A stretch of 64,000 nucleotides of DNA from an uncultured Bacteroidales bacterium (GCA_963734885.1 CAVTIJ010000007.1:123620-187619); one strand, 5' to 3'; positions 29,318 through 39,911 are shown, counted from the stretch's first letter. Made by a program: numbers and translations. Notes: a model not told the origin generated them from the sequence alone.

Positions 29318-29758
29318 ATGGCAAAAGTAAGTACATACCTCAACTTCTCCGGGGATACAGAAGAAGCATTCAATTATTATAAATCAATATTCGGTGGTGA
29401 GTTTACGGGTGACGTAAGCCGTTTCAGCGATATTCCACAACCTGAAGGAATGCTGCCTGTTTCAGATCAGGATAAGGATCTAATTGTCCATATTGAATTG
29501 CCTTTGCCGGGAGGTCATATATTAATGGGCTCTGATGCACCTGAATCGATGGGATTCAAACTGAACTTCGGAAATAATGTACATATCAATGTCGAACCTG
29601 ACTCAAAAGAAGAAACTAAAAGATTGTTCACAGCTCTTTCTTCCGAAGGCAAAGTTACAATGGAACTTCAGGATACTTTCTGGGGTGCATATTATGGAAC
29701 TTGTACTGATAAATTCGGCGTTCAATGGATGTTTAATTTCGATGAAAAGTCAAAATAA
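29318..29758 (+). CDS. VOC family protein (PhnB/YjdN-like)
   Basis: VSTYLNFSGDTEEAFNYYKSIFGGEF...DKFGVQWMFN. Confidence 0.75.
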   Translation: MAKVSTYLNFSGDTEEAFNYYKSIFGGEFTGDVSRFSDIPQPEGMLPVSDQDKDLIVHIELPLPGGHILMGSDAPESMGFKLNFGNNVHINVEPDSKEETKRLFTALSSEGKVTMELQDTFWGAYYGTCTDKFGVQWMFNFDEKSK

Positions 29759-29964
29759 AAACTTCTCCCTGGTGTAACCTGGCATCGCAGCTATCAATCA
29801 TACATTTGCCCTTTCAAAGGGAAATTGTCATTCTGCTAATTCTCCGGCAAAAACTATACAGACAAAATACTGATTCAAAAAAATATTGACAATCTTTGAG
29901 TTCAGATTGCGAATATTAACCTTTTTTGGTTTTTACTGTTAGTACAAACTATCAATATTTTGCT

Positions 29965-31024
29965 ATGACATTGTCAGATTTGGGATATAACGGGAATATG
30001 ATGATCAGCCTGCAGAAACAGGCTTTACAGTAGGACGAGTAATGCAGGAGCACCGCGAACGTTATGTCGTCTCCGACGGTCAAAATGATTACAACTGTGA
30101 AGTAACAGGGAACCTTCGGTTTACAGCCAGTTCCAGAGCCGATTTTCCTGCCGTCGGCGACTGGGTAAAAATGATCGTTTATGATTCAGATATGGGATTA
30201 ATCCACCAGGTGCTTCCGCGTAAATCGGTCCTGGAAAGACAGGCAGTTGGTAATTATGGAGAGAAACAGATAATCTCTGCAAACATCGATGTAGCTCTCA
30301 TAATGCAATCAATTGATAACAACTTCAATGTTAACAGGTTGGAGCGATATCTTACAATATGTCATAATTCGAATCCATAGAGCCTGTCCTCGTTATAAGT
30401 AAAATTGATTTAGTTGATCAAAAAAAGATAGACTCAACCTTAAGAGTTCTTGAACTGAGGGAGAAAAAAGTAAAGACAATTTTAATGAGCAATACTTCAA
30501 AGGAAGGGCTCGAAGGGATTCTGACATTGTTGCAGAAAGGCAGAAGCTATTGCATTATTGGCTCCTCAGGTGTTGGAAAATCCACGCTGATCAATAACTT
30601 GTTGAAAAAAAATGTCTTAAAGACAGGAGAGATCAGTGAAAGTACTAATAAGGGCAGGCACATAACAAGCCGCAGGGAGCTTTTTGTACTGGATAACGGA
30701 GCAATAATTATCGACACTCCGGGCATGAAGGAATTAGGCATTGTTGAGAATGAGGAAGGGGTAAGGACCACATTTGAAGAAATTTACAATCTTAGCCTGA
30801 AATGTAAGTTCCCTGACTGTACGCATACAGTGGAATCGGGTTGTGCTGTAGCAGAAGCTTTGGACAAAGGTGTAATTGACAGTGAAACGCTTGAGAATTT
30901 CAGAAAAATTCAAAGGGAGCAAAAGCATTTTCAGACAACTATAGCTGAAAAAAGAAAAAAAGAAAGAGAATTTGGAAAAATGGCAAAAGAAATAATGAAA
31001 GAAAAGAGAAAAACTAAGTTCTGA
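29965..31024 (+). pseudogene. rsgA: ribosome small-subunit-dependent GTPase A, two frameshifts
   Basis: MTLSDLGYN in frame 1, then GFTVGRVMQEHRERYVV... (30042 ORF), then ESIEPVLVISKIDLV...GSSGVGKSTLIN...DTPG...CKFPDCTHxxExGCAV zinc motif (30485 ORF). Frame changes occur near 29989-29994 and 30362-30372. Confidence 0.75.
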
Positions 31025-31027
31025 CGC

Positions 31028-31915
31028 ATGGAACATCATCACTCTCATAATAGCTCGATCAAATTAAGTAATGCTTTCAAATTAGGCGTTTCCATAAATA
31101 TTATTTTCATTATTTTCGAAGGTCTGACCGGACTAATTTCCAATTCTACCGCGTTAATTGCTGATGCAGGGCATAATCTGAGCGATGTACTGACACTGAT
31201 ACTCTCATGGGTTGCAATCAACCTCTCCCAGAGGCAGCCAACCCTTAAATTTACATACGGATTCCGGCGCTCAACGATTTTAGCAGCTCTGTTAAATACC
31301 ATCCTGTTGCTTGTTGCAGTCGGGTTTATTATTTATGAAACAGTAGTTCGACTCAACCATCCTGCTAATATAGATGCCAACATCATGGTGATTGTTGCTT
31401 CGATCGGAATCGGAGTAAATGGATTTACAGCATGGCTATTTGTTAAAGATAAAAATCGCGACCTCAATATCAGAAGCGCATTTGTGCACTTTCTCTCTGA
31501 TGCTTTGATATCGCTTGGAGTGGTTGTAGCAGGATTGTTAGTGAAATTTACAGGCATTCAATGGTTTGATTCAGCAGTTTCATTTATAATTATTGCGGTC
31601 ATATTATATGGATCCTATAAGCTTCTTATTGGTTCACTGAATCTTGCTCTTGATGCAGTACCCGATAACATAAAAATTGAATCAGTCCTCGAATATCTTG
31701 AGAGCCTTCCGGAGGTGACAGGTGTTCACGATTTGCATATATGGTCGCTGGGTACAACAAATGCCGCGCTCACTGTTCATCTTAAAACATGCGTTCAGAC
31801 AAATGTAAATTTCATAACAACAATCCAGCATGAGCTGAATGAACAGTTTGATATTGAACATTCAACCATCCAGGTTGAATACGGAAGCGATGAAGATTGC
31901 GGCAATAAATTTTAG
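31028..31915 (+). CDS. cation diffusion facilitator family transporter (CzcD-like)
   Basis: N-terminal His cluster, ALIADAGHNLSDV, HFLSDALIS, and a C-terminal cytoplasmic domain. Confidence 0.9.
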   Translation: MEHHHSHNSSIKLSNAFKLGVSINIIFIIFEGLTGLISNSTALIADAGHNLSDVLTLILSWVAINLSQRQPTLKFTYGFRRSTILAALLNTILLLVAVGFIIYETVVRLNHPANIDANIMVIVASIGIGVNGFTAWLFVKDKNRDLNIRSAFVHFLSDALISLGVVVAGLLVKFTGIQWFDSAVSFIIIAVILYGSYKLLIGSLNLALDAVPDNIKIESVLEYLESLPEVTGVHDLHIWSLGTTNAALTVHLKTCVQTNVNFITTIQHELNEQFDIEHSTIQVEYGSDEDCGNKF

Positions 31916-31932
31916 TTAAATCCTTAGTTATC

Positions 31933-32033
31933 CCTTGTGGAAATTCTTCTCTGTGCACTCGTGGTTCTCTGTGATCTCTGTGTAATTTCTTATTACTTTT
32001 TCAGCACACTGATTGTCAGAGACGGACACAGAA
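31933..32033. repeat. CTCTGTG-variant element (B type)
   Basis: CTTGTGG, CTCTGTG x3, then TAATTTCTTATTAC and an opposing CAGAGAcggaCACAGAA arm. Confidence 0.7.
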
Positions 32034-32093
32034 ATACATTGAAACAATATCATCTCATAATTGTTGAAACTATGATAATTAAAACAGAATCTT

Positions 32094-32480
32094 ATGAACG
32101 AATTTATGTTTTTCATCCGGAAGAAAAATAACAGCGAGGATACATTACCTCACGAAAAACTGCACGAATTTCTGAAAGCCTGTGAAATATATATTGAAAA
32201 TCTGAAATCACAGGGTGTTTTACTTTCTGCAAAACCAATCGTCTGGGATGGAAAGATTATTTCAGGCAAAAATCAGAATTGGAAAGAGACAGATTACACC
32301 GAACCCGGTGAAGTAATAGGAGGATACTATCATATTCTGGCCAACGATATAGATGAAGCCATAGAGATTGCAAAAGAAAATCCTGAATTTAAGTATAATG
32401 AAAATACCCGGATTGAAGTTCGTCCGTTAGTGACAAAGGAATCTCATACCGGATTTGTTTATCCGTCCGAAACCATATAA
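32094..32480 (+). CDS. YciI-like / DGPF-type small protein
   Basis: 128 aa. The pattern FMFFIR...HEFLKACEIYIENLKSQGVLLSAKP...GGYYHILANDIDEAIEIAKENPEF resembles YCII-related domains. Confidence 0.4.
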   Translation: MNEFMFFIRKKNNSEDTLPHEKLHEFLKACEIYIENLKSQGVLLSAKPIVWDGKIISGKNQNWKETDYTEPGEVIGGYYHILANDIDEAIEIAKENPEFKYNENTRIEVRPLVTKESHTGFVYPSETI

Positions 32481-32486
32481 TTTCAA

Positions 32487-32522
32487 ATCTCTGTGTACCT
32501 CTGTGTAAGTTCTTAATACTTA
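32487..32522. repeat. CTCTGTG-variant element (B type, half)
   Basis: ATCTCTGTGTACCTCTGTGTAAGTTCTTAATACT, 6 nt after the upstream stop. Confidence 0.65.
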
Positions 32523-32541
32523 TTTTTAAATCTTAATCAAA

Positions 32542-33013
32542 ATGCAAACCGAAACTCTTGAAGTCAAAGCAGCCATTCAAATTATTAAACCTTCAAACGA
32601 GGTATTTGAAGCTATTGTTGATCCCGAAAAAATGTCCAATTATTTTATAGCTCACGGAAGCGGCAGAATGGAAACAGGGAAAGACATAACCTGGAAATTC
32701 CCTGAATTTGATCAACTTGCGCCCATAAAAGTTGACAAGATTGAGAAGAATAAATTCATTTCCTTCTATTGGGAGAATGATGGCGTCGAATACCCTTGTG
32801 GAGATGATTCTTACTCCAAGCGGTGACAGTTCAACCGTTGTAAATATTACTGAAAAAAGCGGGAAAAACGATGAAGCCGGTATCAAATGGCTTAAGGGCA
32901 ATACGGAAGGATGGGCTAATTTTCTGGCTTGCCTGAAAGCATATCTTGAATATGGTATAAACCTAAGAAAAGGCGCTTTCGATTTTATGGCAGACTCAAA
33001 AATGAAAGTCTGA
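32542..33013 (+). pseudogene. SRPBCC / AHSA1 (activator of Hsp90 ATPase homolog 1-like) domain protein, one frameshift
   Basis: ORFs 32542..32826 and 32732..33013 join as ...FYWENDGVEY / LVEMILTPSGDSSTVVNITE...EGWANFLACLKAYLEYG. The frame changes near the CCC run at about 32790-32800. Confidence 0.6.
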
Positions 33014-33115
33014 TTTTTTTAACCACAAAGCACACAAAGCAGGCACAAAGGACACAAAGCTAAAAAATAACTTTGTGATCCTTGTGTATTTCCTTTGTGG
33101 TTAATGGATTTTGAC
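33014..33115. repeat. CACAAAG/CTTTGTG palindromic intergenic element, copy 5
   Basis: Starts at the base right after stop 33013. Its left arm differs from copy 2 at 1 of 44 nt. Ends CTTTGTGGTTAATGGATTTTGAC. Confidence 0.9.
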
Positions 33116-33205
33116 TTTCAAATCATATCCTACCTTCGTTTCAATCTCCATTTCCCCCCTTCTCCCCATTCTCCTTTTTTCCTTACTCCTCACTCCTTAC
33201 TTTTC
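33116..33205. repeat. CT-rich module related to 21329-21430
   Basis: Shares CTTCGTT..CTCC(C)ATT..CCCTTCTCCCCA..CCTCACTCCTT strings with the array downstream of the rhomboid gene. Confidence 0.55.
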
Positions 33206-33329
33206 TGGTACGGTATTTGTTAATTATATTCTGAACAATTGTACCTAACCATATACTGCTATGCCGGTTACCAAGCTGGTTGCATTAGTGAATTTTCAAG
33301 CTAGTGATGAATTAAAAATATAGTAAGTC

Positions 33330-35702
33330 ATGATGTTATTGCGCTCAATATTAATCGTGGTTGCTCTCTCTTTTTCTGAACTTGTCTTTGCCCAATCTTA
33401 CAACCCTGTCCTTAATGAACTGACGGTAAGGTTTGATTCCTTAGCTGAAAATGCAGTTCCTGAAATTGCCTATATCCAAACAAGCAAGGATATTTATGAA
33501 ACAGGAGAAGATTTATGGTTTAAAGTATATCTTCTTAATTCCCAAGACCTGATCCCATCATTATTGAGTAAAACTCTTTACCTGCAGCTCTTAAATGAAA
33601 ATACAGGAAAAATATTCTGGCAGGAAAAATATGAAATTCAAAATGGATTTGCAAATGGAAAAGTTTATCTCAAGAGCACGATGCCTGAAGGAAATTATTT
33701 TCTGGCAGCCTATACACCAAATTCATTCTTTAATGATTCATCGGAATTTAAAGTTCTGAAATTGGTTAAGGTAGTTAATGACATAGAGGCTGTAAAGGGA
33801 ACACCAAAAGATGAATCAGCAAGTAAACAGAAATTTCAGGAAACAAATAAGATTCAATTCACAACCTATCCGGAAGGAGGAAATCTCGTCTCGGGCATAA
33901 GAAGCAAATTGGCTTTTAAAGCAGTCAACATCAATGGAGAACCAATTGATATTTCTGGAATATTGTTTGAAGACTCAACTCCTATTGTGAAATTTAAAAG
34001 TTCACATTTCGGGATGGGCTTCCTGAATTTTATCCCTCATCATGAAAAAAATTACCGGATAAAATTGTCAACACCTCCTCTGGATAGCGCTTTCATTATT
34101 CCGGAGATTTATGAAACTGGTATGGTATTGCACCTTGCCGGAAGAGACAATGATACTCTCTCTTTTAAGATATATCAAAACTCTGTATCAGAAGAGAAGG
34201 GTGTATATCTCAGAGTTCAATCCCGCGGAATTATTTATGGAATGACCTCTGTGCGACTTAGCCATGATATAAAAATAAAAGTACCTCTTTCAGGACTTCC
34301 ACAGGGAATTGCAGAGGTCACTCTTTTTAATAGTAATCTGATGCCGGTAGCTGAAAGACTTATTTATATTAATCAGAATCATAAACTTAATATTACCTCT
34401 GAATTATCCAATGGAATTTATCCAACCCGTGGAAAGGTTGACCTGAAAATATCGGTAAAAGATGAAAACGGGGACCCGGTAATTGCTAACCTTGGTGTAA
34501 GTGCTTTTGATAAAATCTATCAGGATCCCCGGGACTCGAATAATATTCTGACTCACTACTATCTCTCGACTCAGATAAAAGGCAGAATTTACAACCCGTC
34601 ATATTACTTTAATGTCAATAACAAAGACCGACTGGAAGAATTAGATCTTCTTATGCTCACACAAGGATGGAGAAAATATATCTGGAATGAGGAGAATCTT
34701 AAAAAATCTGTGAACCAGAGAGAAAAGGTGATTTTTGATGGTATAAATGGAGAGGTGTTTTTCACAGGCAGAAAAAAGAAAATCCCAAAAGAACAGACTT
34801 TCGTTATGGCTTTTTCTCCTGATAAGGATAGTACAAATTTACTGGTAACTGCAGATTCAGTCGGGAGGTTTGAGGTTCCGCCACATGAATTCAAAAGATG
34901 TGAAAATGACTATGTCTACCTGAAACCTTTTGGAAAGCATAGTTACACTTTTCTTAATATAAATGATGCGCTGGCGCAACCAGAACACAGTCTTGTTATT
35001 AGAGTGGAGGATCCGTATGAAGTCATAAAGAGTATATCCAATTCTAAAGAAATTATTTACCCTTTTCCAGGTATTTTTTACAATAACGAAGATTCAATTG
35101 AATCTGGTTTTAAAATTTCAGGTACAATCAAAATAAAAGAAATTACAATAAAAGGTCAAAGAGCAAAGATTAACAGGGGAAAATACATGGGTTTACTTGA
35201 TAGCGTAGCAAATTCTCTCGCAAAACCAACCGATTGGATATGTTACTGGCATGTTTTAAATTGTCCAAATCACGATGAGCATTATCCGGGAAGCCATAAA
35301 CCTTATCAAGATGAAGAGTGTATTAAGATATACTGCTACAATACACCTGCTGTGATGTACAAAAAAATAAGATACCATGCTCCGGTTATGCCAAGATTTA
35401 CTGAAGAACAGCTATTAAAAATTAATAATCTCTTGAGGATTAAAGCTTATTATGGAGATCGTGATTTTTACAAACCTGATTATGATAAGATGATATTGGA
35501 GACAAATATTCCCGATTTCCGTAATACTCTTCTCTGGGAACCATCAGTAATTACAGATAAAAATGGGAAAGCAACATTGAGCTTCTTCTGTTCTGATATT
35601 AATACTGATTTCGTTGGAAGAATTGAAGGAGTTGGCGGAGATGGACTAATTGGCACAGGATTTTTTAAATTTACAGTTAGAAAACTAAAGTTCAATCCTT
35701 AA
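33330..35702 (+). CDS. large secreted protein with MG2 (alpha-2-macroglobulin-like) N-terminal domain
   Basis: Signal peptide. TSKDIYETGEDLWFKVYLL resembles the MG2 motif. 790 aa, with its stop 2 nt before the TonB gene. Confidence 0.45.
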   Translation: MMLLRSILIVVALSFSELVFAQSYNPVLNELTVRFDSLAENAVPEIAYIQTSKDIYETGEDLWFKVYLLNSQDLIPSLLSKTLYLQLLNENTGKIFWQEKYEIQNGFANGKVYLKSTMPEGNYFLAAYTPNSFFNDSSEFKVLKLVKVVNDIEAVKGTPKDESASKQKFQETNKIQFTTYPEGGNLVSGIRSKLAFKAVNINGEPIDISGILFEDSTPIVKFKSSHFGMGFLNFIPHHEKNYRIKLSTPPLDSAFIIPEIYETGMVLHLAGRDNDTLSFKIYQNSVSEEKGVYLRVQSRGIIYGMTSVRLSHDIKIKVPLSGLPQGIAEVTLFNSNLMPVAERLIYINQNHKLNITSELSNGIYPTRGKVDLKISVKDENGDPVIANLGVSAFDKIYQDPRDSNNILTHYYLSTQIKGRIYNPSYYFNVNNKDRLEELDLLMLTQGWRKYIWNEENLKKSVNQREKVIFDGINGEVFFTGRKKKIPKEQTFVMAFSPDKDSTNLLVTADSVGRFEVPPHEFKRCENDYVYLKPFGKHSYTFLNINDALAQPEHSLVIRVEDPYEVIKSISNSKEIIYPFPGIFYNNEDSIESGFKISGTIKIKEITIKGQRAKINRGKYMGLLDSVANSLAKPTDWICYWHVLNCPNHDEHYPGSHKPYQDEECIKIYCYNTPAVMYKKIRYHAPVMPRFTEEQLLKINNLLRIKAYYGDRDFYKPDYDKMILETNIPDFRNTLLWEPSVITDKNGKATLSFFCSDINTDFVGRIEGVGGDGLIGTGFFKFTVRKLKFNP

Positions 35703-35704
35703 AT

Positions 35705-36505
35705 ATGCGCATACCTGATTTTGATGATATAATATTTGAACGACTTAATAAGGAATATGGAGCATATGTTCTGAGAAAAAGATATAACCATGTCGTGGGC
35801 TTTTCAGTTATTGCAGCTGTCGTCACAGGATGTCTGATCGTACTTATCCCGTTTTTTAGAACCCCTGAACAAAAAAGTCAGGCCATTTATACTGCACGAT
35901 ATGTTTCAATAGAGAAACTTATCGCTCCTCCGACAAAAACCGGTAACATCTCACCTCCTGCCTCAGCTATGCCTGTCCTGCCTAAGGCAGTAACTGCAAA
36001 AATTGCAGAAGCAAAATATGTGCCACCCAGAGTTGTCGACTCAATTCCTGTGATGGAAAAACCGATAACGCTGACATCAGATTCTGTAGGAGTTGCCACT
36101 GAAGGACAGGGAAACATCAATGGCACAGGGAACGGCACGGGAAACATTGCCGGAAACGGTAATGGAAGTGGAGGTGGAGGAGGTGGCGATGGTACATTTA
36201 TTGAAGTAGAGGAAATGCCTCAATTCAAAGGAGGCGATATTAATAAATTCCGCGAATGGGTTCAGAAGAAAACCAGGTATCCCGAGGCTGCCACAATAAA
36301 TGGAATCCATGGTAGAGTGTTTATTACTTTTATTGTTGAAAATGATGGAACAGTTTCTAATGTGAAAATCGCAAGAGGAGTTGACCCGCTTATTGATGAT
36401 GAGGCAGTAAGAGCTGTAAAATCTTCACCAAAATGGACTCCGGGAAAACAAAGAGGAGTACCTGTCAGAGTTGCATATGTAATAATGCTGAATTTTGAAC
36501 TTTAA
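35705..36505 (+). CDS. energy transducer TonB
   Basis: N-terminal TM helix, Gly/Asn-rich linker, and a C-terminal EEMPQFKGG...YPEAATINGIHGRVFITFIVENDGTVSNVKI TonB_C domain. Confidence 0.8.
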   Translation: MRIPDFDDIIFERLNKEYGAYVLRKRYNHVVGFSVIAAVVTGCLIVLIPFFRTPEQKSQAIYTARYVSIEKLIAPPTKTGNISPPASAMPVLPKAVTAKIAEAKYVPPRVVDSIPVMEKPITLTSDSVGVATEGQGNINGTGNGTGNIAGNGNGSGGGGGGDGTFIEVEEMPQFKGGDINKFREWVQKKTRYPEAATINGIHGRVFITFIVENDGTVSNVKIARGVDPLIDDEAVRAVKSSPKWTPGKQRGVPVRVAYVIMLNFEL

Positions 36506-36576
36506 TAAAAGATCAGGAATTTATTCAGATTCTGAACTCTATTTATTAATTTTAAAGTACAGTTAAATGTCATCCA

Positions 36577-38142
36577 ATGACTTTCAGACTTAAATATCTT
36601 TTTTTAGCCTCGATTCTTTTATGGCATTCCAATAATGTTCTTCTTTCTCAATCAGTAAATTTCATCGAAGGCAAAGTACTTAGCTCTGCCTCACCTGATC
36701 CTGTTCCTTTTGCCACCATTCACCTCAGGGATAATCAGTTAGGTGTCTATGCCAATGCCGACGGCGATTTCAAGATAATGCGAAGCACCGAATTTCAATC
36801 CGACAGTGTAATTGTAACGTGTATTGGCTATAAAAGGTATTCAGTAGCATACAGGAACCTAAGCGATTCAACAGTTAACAGGATCTATCTGAATCCCATT
36901 ATCTATAATCTCGCTCAGGTTAATGTGATATCATCGGCCAGAAAACTGGGCTCCATTGCAATAGTAAGAAGAGCTATAAGAAATATCCCGGTCAATTATC
37001 CCGCCAGGCCCTTTAACTACATCTCATATTACCGCGACTATCAAAAGGAAGGTTCAAAATATTATAACCTGAATGAAGCAATAATCCAGACACTTGATAA
37101 TGGGTTCAGTTCAAAATCAACCTCCAATAAATACCGTTTGCTCGATTTCAGGAAAAACATGGAATTCCCCACGATGAATATTACTCCTTTCTATGAGTCA
37201 GGTTCAACCGTGGATGGTGTTACTTCCATTAAAATAATCCCTGATGCTAAATTAGGCGATCAATATGGAAATGAGCTTTTTGTTCTGATGGTTCATGATC
37301 CTGTCAGGAACTTCGATACACGATCTTTTTCTTTTATCGAAACATTCTCAAAGGATTTTCTGCTGAATCATAATTTTGCCCCACCCGTGCCTGTTTATGA
37401 TAATAATCAATTGCTTTTCAAGATCATCTTCAATGGCAAATCGCGGATAATCGGAAATCTGCTGCGGGTATCGGGTGCGATATATATTCAAGCCAGGACC
37501 TATTCAATTCATAAGATCGAATATTCATGTTCTTATCTGAATAAAGGATCTGGAAGCGGAGACATGTTTAATGTGGATATAGAGTACGGTACCGAAAATT
37601 CGGTTGACTCGCTGATGTGTCTTAAATATATATCATTCAATAATTACTTTAAGGTAGAAAATGCTGATGATAACTCATATTTCAGGGTTCTGAGAGCCCA
37701 TTGGGAAACAAAACAATTCCTGAATCCGACTCTCATTGTTGATTTTAATAAGAATATTGATCCGGCATCAGCGATAAAGAAAGAAAATTACAGGATCAGG
37801 GTAGCTAAAAAGGATATAAAAATCAACTCTGTTCAGGCTGTTGGAAGCACATTGTTTATCAGAACAAAAGACAAGATTATTACAAATGAAAGAGATTCCT
37901 GTTGGTTTAATATTGAAAATGTAAAGGATTCTGAAGGGAATTTGATCAACCATCGGAAATCACTGGAACTCTATCAGTATCGGGAGCTTTTTGTCCAGGA
38001 ATACAATAAGCCAATTACTTTTAAGGATTCCTGTTATATAAAATATCTGCCGCTTGATAAAAACTGTAAGTCCTCATACTCAGGGAATGAGAAATATTGG
38101 ATGAATACACCTGCAATTGTAAAAATAGTTCAGACTCAATGA
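36577..38142 (+). CDS. carboxypeptidase-like regulatory domain-containing protein
   Basis: Signal peptide. IEGKVLSSASPDPVPFATIHLRDNQLGVYANADGDFKI is CarboxypepD_reg-like. Confidence 0.55.
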   Translation: MTFRLKYLFLASILLWHSNNVLLSQSVNFIEGKVLSSASPDPVPFATIHLRDNQLGVYANADGDFKIMRSTEFQSDSVIVTCIGYKRYSVAYRNLSDSTVNRIYLNPIIYNLAQVNVISSARKLGSIAIVRRAIRNIPVNYPARPFNYISYYRDYQKEGSKYYNLNEAIIQTLDNGFSSKSTSNKYRLLDFRKNMEFPTMNITPFYESGSTVDGVTSIKIIPDAKLGDQYGNELFVLMVHDPVRNFDTRSFSFIETFSKDFLLNHNFAPPVPVYDNNQLLFKIIFNGKSRIIGNLLRVSGAIYIQARTYSIHKIEYSCSYLNKGSGSGDMFNVDIEYGTENSVDSLMCLKYISFNNYFKVENADDNSYFRVLRAHWETKQFLNPTLIVDFNKNIDPASAIKKENYRIRVAKKDIKINSVQAVGSTLFIRTKDKIITNERDSCWFNIENVKDSEGNLINHRKSLELYQYRELFVQEYNKPITFKDSCYIKYLPLDKNCKSSYSGNEKYWMNTPAIVKIVQTQ

Positions 38143-38192
38143 GTAATTTTACATGATTCCTGATTAGGATAATACATTGAAACCTGATTATC

Positions 38193-39287
38193 ATGAAAAA
38201 TAGAATTCTTTACCTTCTTTTGTTACTTCTCACCGTAAGCTGTAGTAATCATCAATCGGCAAAATGGGATTTCAATTCATTTTATAAACCTGCAGAAAAT
38301 CCTGTTCTCAAAGGCGACTCTACATTTACATTTATCGATCCGATAAAAAAGACAGAAGTGAAATGGCAGAAGGCCGATGTTTTTAATCCAGCCGCTATTG
38401 TTAGAGATAACAAGGTCTGTATGTTTACAGGAGTGAAGATAATCCGGCAGCAATTCTTGGTGGAAGAACCTCCAGGATAGGTTTGGCATTACAGTGACGA
38501 TGGTATTCATTTTACAAAATATCCCGAACCGGTTTTATATCCCGACAGCAGCGAATTTATGAAATATGATTACCCGGGAGGATGTGAAGATCCGAGGATC
38601 GTACAGACTGAAGATAGCTTGTACGTACTGGCTTACACTTCCTGGAATTATAAAATTGCACGACTGAGCATCGCTGTTTCAAAAGACCTTATCCACTGGC
38701 AAAAGAAAGGTCCGGCTTTTGCCAAAGCATATGATGGAAAATTTCTTGATATCTGGTCAAAATCTGGTTCAATAATTACCAGAATGGATGGCAATAAGAT
38801 CGTTGCTGCTAAAATAAATGGGAAATACGGGATGTACTGGGGAGAAAATTTTGTCAATCTTGCCTGGTCCGATAATCTTACCGACTGGTATCCTACTTTG
38901 AATGAAAAAGGCGAGCTAAAACCTGTTATCAGTCCCAGAAAGAACAAATTCGACAGTCAGCTCACTGAATGCGGACCTCCCGCACTAATTAACGATGGAG
39001 GTATCGTTCTGTTCTACAATGGGAAAAATTCAGAAGGTGATGATGCTGATCCGGGTGTGCCAAAAGGAACATATTCTGTGGGTAAAGTAGTTTTTGATGT
39101 GAAAAATCCGGAAACGGTCATCTCACGGTCAGATACCTGTTTGCTCAGACCGACCTTACCGCATGAGATCTCGGGGCAGTATAAAGCTGGTACAACTTTT
39201 TCAGAGGCGCTGGTCTTTTTTCACGAAAAATGGTTTTTGTACTATGGTACTGCCGATTCATTCGTCGGAGTGGCAATATCGAAATAA
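38193..39287 (+). pseudogene. GH130 family glycosidase/phosphorylase (exported, lipoprotein signal), two frameshifts
   Basis: ...KADVFNPAAIVRDNKV.MF / (Y)R(S)EDNPAAILGGRTSRIGLA / YSDDGIHFTKYPEPVLYPD...YPGGCEDPRIV. Frame changes occur near 38424-38432 and 38487-38492. Confidence 0.7.
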
Positions 39288-39317
39288 AACTTTGCAGCGA
39301 GGTTGCCAAAAAAGATC

Positions 39318-39405
39318 TTTATAACCACAAAGAACACAAAGAAGGCACAAAGGACACAAAGCTTAAACACTATAATATAGACCTTTGTGCCCTTTGTGAA
39401 AAACC
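39318..39405. repeat. CACAAAG/CTTTGTG palindromic intergenic element, copy 6
   Basis: TTTATAACCACAAAGAACACAAAGAAGGCACAAAGGACACAAAG, then a loop, then CCTTTGTGCCCTTTGTGAAAAACC. Confidence 0.85.
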
Positions 39406-39533
39406 ATTTTATGTAAAATCCTCATGAACAATATGCGCCTGAAATCAGTCAGTTAGATGGATTATCCAACAATTTTTCGAGTTTTTTGTTATACGTGATT
39501 ATAAAATGTCAGAACAAATAATCCTGCAATTCA

Positions 39534-39911
39534 ATGGAAAAAAAGAATCATCCAACAACTGTAAACGGTAAAATATGCTACCTTGAAATCCCCGCAATTG
39601 ATGTTATTATTTCAGCAAATTTTTATAAAAAGGTCTTCGGATGGCATATTCGTGAACGAAAGGACGGCATGATAGCATTTGATGACGGTGCTAATGAAGT
39701 AAGCGGTACATGGGTGATCGGCAGGAATCCGACAACTGAAGTGGGGTTATTGATATATATAATGGTCGATAGTGTATCATCTACCCTGAGATCAATTGTC
39801 ACCAACGGAGGGAAGATCGTCCAGCCGGTCGGCCTTGACGATCCCGAAATTACTGCACGTTTCAGCGATCCCGCAGGGAACATCATTGGATTGTACCAGG
39901 AACCATCGTAA
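39534..39911 (+). CDS. VOC/glyoxalase family protein
   Basis: 125 aa. ICYLEIPAIDVIISANFYKKVFGW...FSDPAGNIIGLYQ. Confidence 0.7.
   Translation: MEKKNHPTTVNGKICYLEIPAIDVIISANFYKKVFGWHIRERKDGMIAFDDGANEVSGTWVIGRNPTTEVGLLIYIMVDSVSSTLRSIVTNGGKIVQPVGLDDPEITARFSDPAGNIIGLYQEPS

Noticed and set aside
36110-36200. Repetitive GGNAAYGGN DNA in the TonB gene
   Set aside because: It encodes the Gly/Asn-rich flexible linker (GNINGTGNGTGNIAGNGNGSGGGGGG) that replaces the usual Pro-rich TonB spacer. It is a coding low-complexity region, not a separate element.
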